Positions 11,227 to 22,909 of a DNA stretch of 33,380 bases are shown here, in pieces. The DNA comes from Gonapodya sp. JEL0774. Taxonomy: Eukaryota. How positions within the stretch are numbered: the first letter of the stretch is position 1; each line of letters starts with the position of its first letter. The notes under the pieces were generated by a model. The model did no database searches, had not been told where the DNA came from, and saw only the letters and a program-made list of their open reading frames with translations. The stretch lies in contig JADIIX010000190.1 in assembly GCA_027604505.1 (NCBI GenBank), positions 1 through 33,380 of the forward strand, in the 5' to 3' direction. Made by a program: the position numbers and the translations under genes.

Positions 11227-12436
11227 TCATCCTCGGATCCCTTTCGCTCCGTTCACGCCGCCCAGCTGCTTCTTTGGTCCACCGTCCATCGCTTTGGCCA
11301 CTTCATCGAATGCATCCTCGAAGCCCCTCCAAACACCGACGTTGCCATTAAGCATACCCTTGACTGCGGTGGGCGGTGTGCTGGGATAGAGGTCCACCGC
11401 GCCTTGGCGATGAAGGGAGGATGAGAGAAGGCGAGAAAGAGTGGAAGAAGGCGGTAAGACGAGTTGGGTGGAAGGTGCCGGCGGCGGAGTGGAAGGGGCG
11501 GATAACTTGGTTGGTGGGTGACTGGGGACGGGGGACAAGCTCGCGGCGGATTTGGTGGGTGTGGTGAGTGCAGAGAACTGGTTGGCGTTGGCGGGAACGG
11601 GGAAATGGGCGATAGGGGAGCCGTAGAATTGGGAGATACGGCTATGTTGTGGTGGTGGTGTTGGGTGGACAAGACGTACAAAAGTTCAGGCTCAAAATGA
11701 CAACACCACAACAGGCGTGCACTATGTAAGAATGAAAGGAGAAGCTGACCTGTGGTACTCCTGTCTCCTTTCGAGATGTTCCTGTGGGCGCAACCTGTCG
11801 ATTGACCGGAGAGCAGAGATGTCGATGAGAGTGCTTGTTCGGCATAATTTTGATGGGGGAGCGCAGGGGATAGGATGACGGGACAAGAGACGGGAGGAAA
11901 CAAAGTGGGTGATTGAAAGGATACGAGTTAGATGGAAATGTGGCATGTAGAGGGGTCCACCGGTCGGCGAGTGGGAGAATCAGATGACGAGGTGCAACAT
12001 ATTCATGAAAACTCACTCCGCAGCCTTTTGAACAATCCGCCTGAGCTTTTCCTGCTCTCGTACTTCTTCTAAATTTTGAAAACTTTGATTCGTGGCGTTC
12101 GCAAGCGCGATGGAATGGGAGAGGCGGAGGGATATAATATATATGGCGTTATCAAAGTGGGACCGAAAACCTCAATGCGCCGCAAGTGAGACAGAGAGAG
12201 CGCGCACAGACTCACAGGTCTTGTCCTCCTATCACGGCAGGCGTCTCCGGACCGGAGAAGAAGGGCTCGCGCTCCGCAGCACTCTTCAAAAGCGAATTTC
12301 CCGATTTGGAGGAGATGCGAAGACAAACGCAAGTGACGTGTCAGCACAGAGGAACCCCGGGAACACACGGAATGAGCTTTCAATGTACCTCTGCGTCAAG
12401 TTCTTGGCGGCCTAGACAGCTCAAGCAGATGCCCAT
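11227..12436 (-). CDS. LAMTOR1/Ego1(Meh1)-like Ragulator anchor subunit; exons 12436-12389, 12283-12216, 12082-12017, 11833-11750, 11641-11227
   Basis: Not seen as a single ORF. The spliced product starts MGICLSCLG (myristoylation plus palmitoylation pattern), has EREPFF, and has LRRIVQKAADTLIDISA...EHLERRQEY resembling the LAMTOR1 core. All four intron phases are compatible. Confidence 0.8.
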
Positions 12437-13003
12437 GGTTTCGGTTTTTGTGAGATTTTGTGCTCGGCCGAACACTCAGCTGTTTCGTGGGATAGAAAAA
12501 CGCATAAACCTCTGCATTGCCTGACCAGGGAGCAGTCAATCCTAAACAGGAATAAGAAAATGTAATTGAATTGTTGGCACTACAGCAGCGGAGACTTGCG
12601 GTCGAGAGATTGCGCACACACATATAATAACATAAGTACGTTATATTACTTGAGCTACTCCGTATCGCTCCCGACTCCACTCACCTGTTCGGCAGTTGCT
12701 TGCACCAAGACAATTGTGGCTGTCGGCCACGTAAGTTCTGCACCGAGTTTGCTTTCGTGTTATTATCACATGTATAATGGGCATATCCTCGTGGTACAAA
12801 AGAGTTTCCATTCAGTCTCCCGTAATGATTGTGGATTGTGTAGAGTTACAACTGATGTGCATCGAATATTGTCAGGAGTTTGAGCGGAACTGTGACGAAG
12901 AAGCGGGTGGATCAGCAGAAACCTCACCCGCTGAGGAGCATCGAAGAGATCACTTGAAATTACCCAACTGCGATACCCCAGCTCAACTTTACTTACTTCT
13001 CTG

Positions 13004-15567
13004 ATGACCATCGCAACAGTGAATCAAATCTCTTTGGCGACGACTTCTACACCGGACCCGGCAAAAAGTGATGCTGAATCTCAATCTGCTGAGGTGTTGA
13101 TAGCATCGAACGCAGTTTTGGAACATTCTTCAGCGATTCTTTCGGAAAAGGCAACGCTTGAGTCTCTGCAAGGCAATAACGCTAGCGATGCCACCCCGGA
13201 CTCGTCATTGACAAGTGTCTTTGAGCACGAGGCAGAATCAAACCACACCCCACTCCGTCCGACTCAAAGAAGTGCAACTCAATCCGAAACTCTCCAAGGC
13301 TCCACCCGCACCAGCAACCGGTCGCCACGCACTTCTCCCGGCTTGAAGCGAAAGGGCACGATTGACAGCTTCAGCACAGCACAGGAGCTTAAACCGGGAG
13401 TAAAAGTTCCAATTGCCACATCAGTTCTGGCACTTGCAAGAGCTGGGGTGGTGGGACCGCCACTGGAAGGCTGGTCTCCTATGGAATCGGTGAGTGTTTG
13501 GGTCGTGGACAGGAGCGTTTTTCGTGCGACAACGGATATGTCTAAACACGTGCCTCGACATGTGATCTGATATTTCCAGGCAATCACACATTTCCTTCGA
13601 AGGTCTTTAGCGGATGGGTACCTTTATGCCAACATTCAAGAGCAGCGCAAGGCCATGGATTCACTACCATTGTTAGTTTTACGTTTGACCACTGCTGCCC
13701 ATCGTCTACGATTCTCATTCACATCATCCCCTAGCCCCACTCCCAAGGGTGTCCACATCTCCAAAATCTTCGTCCCAAAACGCCTCGATGTATTCGACCC
13801 TCTTATGGCACGCTCCAAAGCCCTCGATGTCAGCCGTGGGTGGTTCAACTCACGGGACCCCACTCCACAGTCCACTGCGCAAAACCACCTCTTGAAACGC
13901 TCCACCACCTCTCCTTCTCTCGATAACCCTGCGCGCCCAGGATTTTTGCGCTCACTTTCGTCCCCAACGATGGGTCGTAAGGGTGCTATAAAGAGTAATC
14001 TCAATTCGGAAGAGTGGGTAGAATGTGAAGTGGTTGAGAACCGAGGAAACAACAAAGAGTGGGACGGGAATGGTCCCGTCATTTTATACATCCATGGTGG
14101 TGCGTACACGTACACTTCTGGACGTTGGTGAAGCGTTATTAACTTTTATTTGCCCTTGTGAAATATGTGGGTACGGTTGCGCTTCGAAGGTGCTTGGATC
14201 ATTGGCTCCCCAAAATCCCATCGCTTCATCACCACCCATCTCGCCAAAAAGCTCAATGCTCGTGTGGTGGGGGTGCACTACGGTCTCGCTCCGGAGCATC
14301 CTTTCCCCGAGGCTGCCATCGACGTTGTTTCCGCATACGCATATCTCACACTCAAAGATGCCGTAGAGAAGACTGCGCATCCGGAGAGCGCAATCTTTAC
14401 GGGGATAGGTGTCGCGGGCTGTGGGGTGGACAAGGGCGTGCATTTCGGTGGAGATTCCGCCGGTAAGTCATCACTCCTGAAATTTATTGGGCGCTCTTGG
14501 AACCGACACTTTCGTTGATGATATGTTTGTGTCACTTTCAGGTGGAAATTTGTCCCTTACTCTTCTTCATCTGATCGCTCTCGGGCTCACGCCGCCGCAA
14601 GTGTTCCCATTCGAAACAGGATCACTCCCTCCTATCATCGCTCTACCCAAGCCCATGGGCACTTTCCTTCTCAGTCCAGCGACTGAATTGACATTTTCCA
14701 ACCCCGATTATCAGGTAAAGAAAAACGTCCACTTTGGTTTTGCGCGCCATTACAACTGTACACCTGATTCAAATTCCCAGCTCAATCGCTTCGATTATCT
14801 ACCATGGCTTGCTCTCCCCGACGTCACCAAGAAGCAAGTGCACGCATACTGTACAAATCCAGATATCGTCACCTCTGCCGTTAGTCCTGGAGTCTGGGGT
14901 TGGTTCGGTAACCCGTCAGTAGAAGGCGGCAACATCGATGTGGGGCCGATACTTGTGCAGGTGGGACAGGCAGAGAGATTGTGGGGACAAGGATTGACAA
15001 GTGAGTAAACTCGACCAGTTTGTCGCTTGAGTGAATCGTTTTGGGATTGGTTTGACCAATGATTGGGTATTTATCCCAGCTGCACTTCGTCTCGCCCATC
15101 TGGGCCGCCCAGTGCGCTTTGAGTCATACGAGAACCAGCCCCACGTTTTTCACATTCTGACAACCATCCTCAAACGACCAGCCGGCGCGCGGGCCATGGA
15201 GTCCATCGAGAACTTCATCAAAGACTCGTCTGCAGGCAAAATTGTGCCAGATGCTCGAGTCTCTTTCCCAACGCCTGACCACACTGATCCCCCCATTCAA
15301 TGCTTTTTCGTGGATCCCAAGACAGAGGTGCACTCGGTGGCACCGCAGGTGCTCCGTGAGCAATTGCGTTCGTTGCGAGAACGGGTGGTAGCAAATGTGG
15401 GGAACAAGGAGCACCGTGACAAAAAGTTTTGGCGACGTGACAGGAACATTCCTCGAAGTGAGATTTGGAACGGGTACATCGGGGAGTGGTATGACGATAT
15501 GGGTCGAGCTGACTGGAGTTCTGCTGAGGTTTTTGGCATTCCCGATGATCTGAAAGAGTTCCTGTGA
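13004..15567 (+). CDS. Alpha/beta hydrolase, hormone-sensitive-lipase (GDXG) family esterase/lipase, multi-exon
   Basis: VILYIHGG, YGLAPEHPFP, nucleophile motif GDSAGGNL (split by an intron near 14462), ILVQVGQAERL and YENQPHVFH. The start codon is tentative. Confidence 0.85.
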
Positions 15568-15775
15568 AATAGGCGAGAGACCATCAAAAAGAAAGAACTT
15601 ATTTATTTCACCGCATATTCATCATTTCATTTGCCAGGTGCTTAGACAATTTTTCATAAATCCATGGGAATAAAAGCTTCATTTCACATCAATGTACAGA
15701 TCTTTAGTTTGGTAATTTTGGGGTATCAAAGTGCCTTGCCCACTTCGATTCCGGTAAACATAACAGCACCAAGAT

Positions 15776-17825
15776 TCACCATTGAAGCTCTCCACGTTCC
15801 TCCACCCCCACTGCCCTCTTCACCTCAGGGGCGAGTGCACCGAGTTTGTCCACCCTATTGACAAGCTCTCCACCAAGCCCAATACCCTCATCTACAAGTA
15901 GCCTGGAAGATCTCCTTTGTCGTATAGTTCGAAGTGTGTGTGGTGGTGGTAGTTCCGGAATCGGTGGTGGATGGAGATTGTCACCACTATCGCCTTCGGA
16001 CTCTGTAGCATCGGGCGTAAGGGGGGAGGGCCGTCTGACCCGGCCAGCGGGTGGCGTATGAGAGACTTTCCACGGACCCATGGAATTAAAGCCATTTAGG
16101 GATCCGCTGGAGGTTGGTGGGGTGACTTGAGGCAGTGTGTTTGCGGAATCCACCATTGAGAGAGCGTTCGTTTCCGACTTCTGCACGTGCTCTTCGAGGA
16201 GGTTCGCAGAATCTGCATCAACAAGAGGTGGCGGGGACGGAAGTGGGGGGTTCAAACACGCAGGTGCAGTGGTTGGTAGTGTCACTTCGATATCGCAGTC
16301 ACTGCCCATTCGGTCCTGTTCTCGGAGTCCAGTGCTCCCGCATCCTCCCACTCCGTACTTGACCCTATCTACTGGCGCCTTGTGTGGTCTCACCACCACC
16401 TCCTGCCGGTCCTCGGCTCGCAGGTTGATCATATCCTCCCACTTGAGGAGACGGAGTCGCATGCGCTCATCAACGCCGACAACGGCTCCGGGGGGTATCT
16501 CAGTCCAAACGTTCTCTCCTTGAAGAGGTTCGGATGAAACCTTGTAGGTCGAGCGAACAAGTCAGCGAGTGTCCACCGACAGCGGTTATCAGTTCGAGTG
16601 TTGCAACCTTGACTCACAATGAAGTGGTTCACGGCGCCCGTTCGGGACGGGGCCTCACACGTCTCCCCATAGCTCGCGCAAACATCCCTATCCACGCATT
16701 TGTTTTTGTACGTTGAGTAAAACAATTTCTGTCCTCCTTGGTGGGCCAACAGAATCTTGCCATTGGTCACAATGACCGAGATGAAAGTGTTGTCTCGACC
16801 AGGTTGGGTGCTGTCTCGGCAGAAGCTATCACCCACTGCATCTTCCACATCGTCAATCATGGCCAGGAGGGCTTCGGTCATAATCTCGAGGGTGATTTTC
16901 GGGGAGTGAATACCACCCTGGAGGTTAAGCGATGAAGCTTTGCGTTCAAGATGAGATAGGAAGAGAAAAAAGAGAAGCTCCGAATCTGTTTCTCCCAAGA
17001 CGAACCGCAAATAGTGCGGGAGACAACGAGCAGCGAGGAATTCGCGGACTGAGATGGGGCCTGCACCACGCTTGCCACGGACACGGCGGGCAGCAGATGG
17101 AGAGGCCGGTCGTCGATCAGAGAATCCCAAGATGTTACCGTTGTGAGCAAACATGTATTGGCCGTATTGAAATGGGTGGGAGTTGAGGGTATTTCGAATG
17201 CCTTGCGTGGCTTTTCGAATATGAGCAATCACACACTGGTGCCCGGCAGAAAGCAGTGGACACAGTAAGAGGCGGAAGTGGACAAAGCAAGATGTGGAGG
17301 CAGCACTCGTGCAACCAATCTTTTATAAGCTCACCTCAGAGGACACGACCCCCGAGACTCTTTGAAATATATGATCATCCAGCGCTGAATCCGAGGACCT
17401 GATGAGATGTGGAAACCCCTCGACGTAGTATCCAACACCTCGTCGAAAACGAAGCATGTCAGGTATGCAACCCTTTAGAAGTGGAATCAGCGCCATCCGC
17501 ATCCCGCTCACCCCATCCGTCACCATGTTTCTGTGACTGTACGCCAAGAGCATTCTCCGCCGAAACAAGAGAGCGATGAACCTGGAATCAGTTGAGTGGT
17601 GAAGGGGCCGATCAGGTAACGAGCCTCACGGGGAAAGAGTCTACGAAGTTGCGCGTTGCCAACCTGAGATTTCGTAATCGAGCGAAAGCCAAATAGTCGG
17701 CACTTTGTGAACGTTGACCAGGGGTAACGGCGAGTCCAGTGGTGGGTGATGCCGGAATGGAGTTGCACACCAATTCGAGTCACATGGTGTATCGACAAAG
17801 AGGTGGCGACCGGCAAACTCACCAT
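15776..17825 (-). CDS. Class II (Ntn) glutamine amidotransferase, YafJ/EgtC/Dug3-like; ATG-only first coding exon (17825-17823), five introns
   Basis: The spliced N-terminus MCRLFGFRS places the nucleophile Cys at residue 2. Also HGDGWGVGYY, IAHIRKATQG, NSHPF, FAHNGNI, GETDSE and VSSEPLQGENVW, then a low-complexity C-terminal tail. Confidence 0.88.
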
Positions 17826-18484
17826 GTCCCCTTTCTTCCTTGGCTATCGAATTCGTGGTTACTCAAGCGCGTCCTCGCAGGCACTAAGTTGTCCGGACTC
17901 TCCGCGACCGTCAGCTGGTGAGGAGTTTGAGCGTTTAGCTCTCCAGTGATGACCACTCAAACGACTCTCCATTACAAACATCACGGGGAACGTGTCAAAA
18001 GAGCTCAAATCGAGTGGGGTAATAGAGCGTTTCCCAGCACCAACGCAGGCAAGCTTGGGGTGGCACAGCACGGGTCTTGTTACATCTTATCACGCAATTT
18101 CAAATGGCGCCATCATTGTTGTTCTCTCCCGGGTGAAAGGTACATACATACTCTATAAGCTTCGCCAAATCTGGAAAAGGTTTGAGGTGCGCTGGGTATA
18201 ATCACGTTCGAACACGGCCCGGGAACATAAAATGTGTATGTACATCGTCTATTGTTGCTGGATTGTGAATAATGCTTACATGTGTGTACATAAAACAATG
18301 TTGCATTCGCCATCTTCACTGTGCTCGCCGAAATGCAGAACTAGCGTTTCGGGGATTCATGCAGTTCGAATGATTCTCAGAGCAAGCGTCTGAGACAAAC
18401 GCATGCACATGATTCCTTGAGTCCCGCTCCACAAGAAGTCGTAAATGGACTCTATGACAACACAGTGCGTGTGTTAGTGTGTGT

Positions 18485-20590
18485 TTAATGTGTGGAACTG
18501 GGAAGTACAATCCCCAGCTGAACACCCTCGCGCATCGCGACGTTATATTGCTCAGTGGTCCATTTGAGAACTGCTTCGTAGACGCTGGAAAGTGTTTTCG
18601 GGCATAAGAGTAACTCAGATTGTTAACTTGCCAAAAACAAAAGAAGTGCACCCCCAGATGTCACCTCACACTCACAGGAAGTTCAACGCATGAATTGGTA
18701 CTGCCCTCACTACCGTTGCCCCGACTCCGTTGTACAACGCCCGCCAACCACCCCTCCTCCAAACCCTGCGGGCTACCTCCGCACTACGCATTCTTTCCTT
18801 CCACTGTCGCTCGCTTCCACTCATCCCCACCAGCGCCTCCTTTTGAACAACGCTCTTTACCAAGTCCACGGGGAATGTGACCAGCCAAGAGATGGCACCG
18901 GCCATGCCGCCTGCCGCCATGTGAACTCCAGGTCCTGAGAAACCGTAGAGGGAGGCGAAGTGTTTTGCAGATTCATAGGAAAACCAGTAAATCCCTGTGC
19001 CGAAGAAGTCGCGCAATGTGTGCAAGGAGACGCCGGTGTAGAGCGCCTTGGGGCCTCGCAACCGGGCGATACGATATGCGGCACCAAGGGAGCTATCTGG
19101 AGTGAGAACTCGGGAGAGAAGTGTTTGAGAAGGAGGTTTTGGAAGAGGGGTGGCGGAGTGCGCGAGGTGGTGAATGTTGGTAGTGGAGAACAAACGCACT
19201 CCTCCACCACCTCCTGCCCATGTCGCCATAGAGCGCAACGCTGTTCCAGTGGTCACAGGATTCGGCGAAAGTGTCGTCGCTGTCGGAATAGGTCGGACTG
19301 GCGCCTGTTTCACCGCCCCTGCGGCCGTTGCAGGTTCCCCAATCCCTATCGGAAGCTTGGCACTCTCAAAGGCTTTCTCCATCACCTTTCTCCTCGCCTC
19401 TTCCTCCAATTTCAACATCCTCTCCAATTGCCTCGCGATCTTCACAAATTCTAAAGGTGCATTCACGATGCTCTGGACGGTGCCCGCGATACCGCCAGCC
19501 ACCATGGTCGTCGATGCAAGTTGAGGGTAGCTGCGTTTCGCTGCCCATGCCGGCCCCACGGAGATATCCTCAGAGGGCACTTTAATGTCAGAGGGATGAG
19601 GGTAGATGTTGTGAAGTATAAACCCTCGAGACTGATGGTAGGTGTAGAAGGCGACAGACCGGAGGAGCTAGTGAAGAATGGTGATGAGATGGCTACCCTG
19701 TACCAGCACTTCCAGACACCAGTACTTCCAGGGTACTCGGCATTCAACTCAGACATCCCCACACAAGCATCACAACTTACCGCCACAACTGCGATAGTCG
19801 GGATGCATCCCCTGTAGAACCCCTGCACACCTTCTTGCTTGTAAGTCTCCCTCACGCATTGCCTCATTGACGAAAAATCTGCAGTTTGCATCCGTGTTTT
19901 TATGGAGTCGAAGGGGTAGCCGACAGCGACTCCAACCAGGGCAGAGCAGGTGGCTGCAACGGCGGTGCGGTTGGAGTGTATTGCGCTGTTAAGAGGATTT
20001 GGTGAGAATGAGCGATGGCCTACAATCAGGCGCCTGATTTTCACTGTTGCAAAAAATGACTCCACAAGGATAGCTTTCTCTGAGGTGGGTCAAATTTCTT
20101 AGACCGTCCGAGCTCTTGGCAAGGGATTCATTATGAACCCTCCTCGCGGTGCATTGCTCATGCTTCCACTCCCACCGAGACCATCAAAATGAATCAATCC
20201 ATGCTAGGCTCACAATGCCATTCGGATCCTTGGGTGTCAAGTATGCAGTGAAGTCCATTTGCGGGAGGTACCATACGACAACATTCCGGGAATCCCTGCA
20301 GCCCAGCTGTTACAGTGATTAAGGCAGCAGTGCTTGCATGTTTACTAGACTGCGGCTCACTCCTGTGTCTGCTCTATTGTCAACCCGGAATATCGAAGTA
20401 TCGATCCCGACCCTCCGTCGAAACAAAGTAGGATCAAGCCTCGGACCACTCACGACCAGAACGCGGGTCGGTATTCAGCAGGTACAAGAAGGTTGTAGAG
20501 CGAGGCATCAGCGAGGCCAGGAGGTGGTGCAGGAGGAGCAAACGTTCCTGCTAAACCGGGATCCGAATCCTCTCTGGGCACGAGGGACAT
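18485..20590 (-). CDS. Mitochondrial carrier family (SLC25) protein; 5' exons upstream of about 19990 are tentative
   Basis: Three carrier signatures (YPFDSIKTRMQ, APLEFVKIARQ, FPVDLVKSVVQ) with GFYRG/ALYTG/ALYNG motifs. The last spliced exon gives NFLVYEAVL. The candidate ATG at 20590 opens an exon ending in a GTGAGT donor. Confidence 0.85.
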
Positions 20591-20811
20591 TTGAATGGCA
20601 GAGCCGTAGGAAATAGAAAGAGGTGATTGAAAACTCGGGAGAGGGAGGTCGGAAAGATTTGCGTTTTCACTGTCAGCGCATGTGCGGGAATGTTATTATC
20701 GCAGGTCGTGCCCGAGCAGTTCGTTGGGTGCTGTGTCAAGTGAACACTGCAGACGAGTTGACAGTTATACATCACCTCATTTCGCTCAACATACAAGTTT
20801 GCACTACAATC

Positions 20812-22501
20812 ATGTCTTGGTGTGTTCGAATCTTTGCTCTCGATTTATTGTCTGAAAGGGTGCTTGGCGGGAACGACTCGGGGGAAGATCATAACTGAGA
20901 CCAATGCCGGCAATCATCTCGCAGGTCTGGCTTCAAGAAAGCCGTGAACAGGGCGACAACGCAGGTCATGCAGTCGACTGGAATCGTCGAGAAAACTGTG
21001 TGTATCTTCAAACCCCCTCATTGGAAAGCTCCAACCCTCAAAGGGCCAACTCAGAGTACATATCTAATCCGTTCCCATCTCGCTAAGGTCGATAAAGACT
21101 TTGACGAGGCAGAACGCTCTGTCAAGAAGTGTGTTATCACCCAATCTTTGGTGTTGCTCTTTTATAAACGCCCTTACTTTACTTATCGCCTTACTCCCAC
21201 CCATTGATACGTATCCTCGCCCCACCAGCCTGCACGCAAAGTTCGAAAGGCTTCATAAAGATTCAAAAGCTTTGCAAGATGCATACAAATGTTCGATGAT
21301 AGCGATGTCCCCTTTCAATTCACATTTTGAAGCGTGCTTCTCGACTTAACGCCAACGATTCCATCGTCTAGCACTCTCCATATCCCACACGCGCCTTGCA
21401 GCTACTTTCTCGCCGCCTTCTTCCTCCCCTTCTCTCTCTCGCGGCCCTCGGCCCTCTACTTCATCCGACTCGGCGCGATCCTCGACCTCGGAGTATCTCG
21501 GCGCAGGTGGCGTGGTAGCGGCGCGATACGCAGAAGCTGTCAGAGAAATCAATGATCTTGTGGATGGGGAAGTGGTGAGTTGATTGCCCTCAGTTCTGGT
21601 ACCTTGTGGCTCTACCAGAGACACCGATTATCACTACATTGAAGTTTTGTGAGGTTTGATGTTGAGTTGCTCGTGAATATAGTCAAGGAGCACATTGCAA
21701 GGACGTTCTGTCACACGAGGGTGACCGACTTAACTCCAACTGTTACCAATCTAACTGTACACTCTCCTCTTCTAATGTGCGACACTTTAATCTGGATGTT
21801 CCTGTCTCTTGCCATGACTCCATATCGCGATAGAACCCCACCCTATCCTTCACCCACCTCACTCCTTTACTTCGTCTCACTCTACTCGTACCTACTCTCG
21901 ACCCACATCTTGAAAAACGGCGAAAGCGTCTCCTTGACCACGACGCCCAACGTGCCCGTGTCCGCCGCGCCGTTGAAAAGGCTGAGGCTGCCGCCAGCAA
22001 GGAGGCGAATCGAGCCGAGCGCAACCGTGGAGACCGGGATTTGGACCGCGATGATGAACAAGTTGTTGATGGCGAAAACGTCAGGCAACTGAAACAGGAT
22101 ATGGAGAGGTTGTGGCTCGAGTACGACAAGGTCACGACCGCTTTGATGTTGGATGTGGGGAAGATGGTGGATGCTAGAACTGCGTACTTGGATCCCGTGG
22201 CGGAAGCAGGGGTGAGAATAGGCGAAAGGTGAGTGATTATTCTCGGTGATGGGGATACAGATGGCCTCTTCCGCCGAACGCCAGGCAGGCTGACCTTGAT
22301 TTCTTGTTCTGTCCACCAAGCTTTGGCCTGTCCCTTTCCCACTTACTATACCCTCTTTCTTCTGATCCTACCGGCACAAGCCGGGTAAGTTCCGCGTCGT
22401 CGAGCATCACGTCGCTTGCAACGGCGGATGATTCAATGCGCGCAGAGGCCGTGCTTGAACACAAAATGAAAGAGCTGTCCATATGCGGAGCAGGAGCCTG
22501 A
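20812..22501 (+). CDS. N-BAR domain protein, Rvs161/Hob3-like; 8-nt first coding exon, about 7 exons
   Basis: Spliced N-terminal amphipathic helix MSWSGFKKAVNRATTQVMQSTGIVEKTVDKDFDEAER, then EKRRKRLLDHDAQRARVRR, RTAYLDPVAEA and C-terminal MKELSICG. No SH3 domain, so it fits Rvs161 rather than Rvs167. Confidence 0.82.
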
Positions 22502-22909
22502 GTGGACCGTGGGGAGCTTCGGTTGTTCGAGCCTGAACTCTTAAAATTGGTTGTACGCCACTTTGTACCATCCATTTACTTACGTCTTGTCGACTGTTGC
22601 GCGGCACTTCATGATATTTTCGATTTTTCTTGTTCATTGCATCCCACGGTGAAATTCAAATGTAAGCTCCACACATCAATCAAAAATACGGCTCAGAGTT
22701 TTTACAACTCCAGAGCGCTGGTACAATTAATTTCAAAGGTTCAAGAGCAACCAGCTCAATTCCTGTAAAATTACGGCACGCATCATGTACATATCTCGTG
22801 AGCACCCAGTCAAAAGACCCCCCCAGCGCGATTGAAGGACAATGGGGCACCGAAAAGTCCCTTTTGGTGTTGTAAAGTGTATGACAAAAATGCGGTTATC
22901 CAAACCCTC

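Noticed and set aside
11200..11229. Possible selenocysteine or readthrough at the TGA ending the LAMTOR1-like gene
   Set aside because: Another in-frame TGA follows within a few codons, there is no redox motif, and I could not identify a SECIS. No gene model here required an internal TGA.
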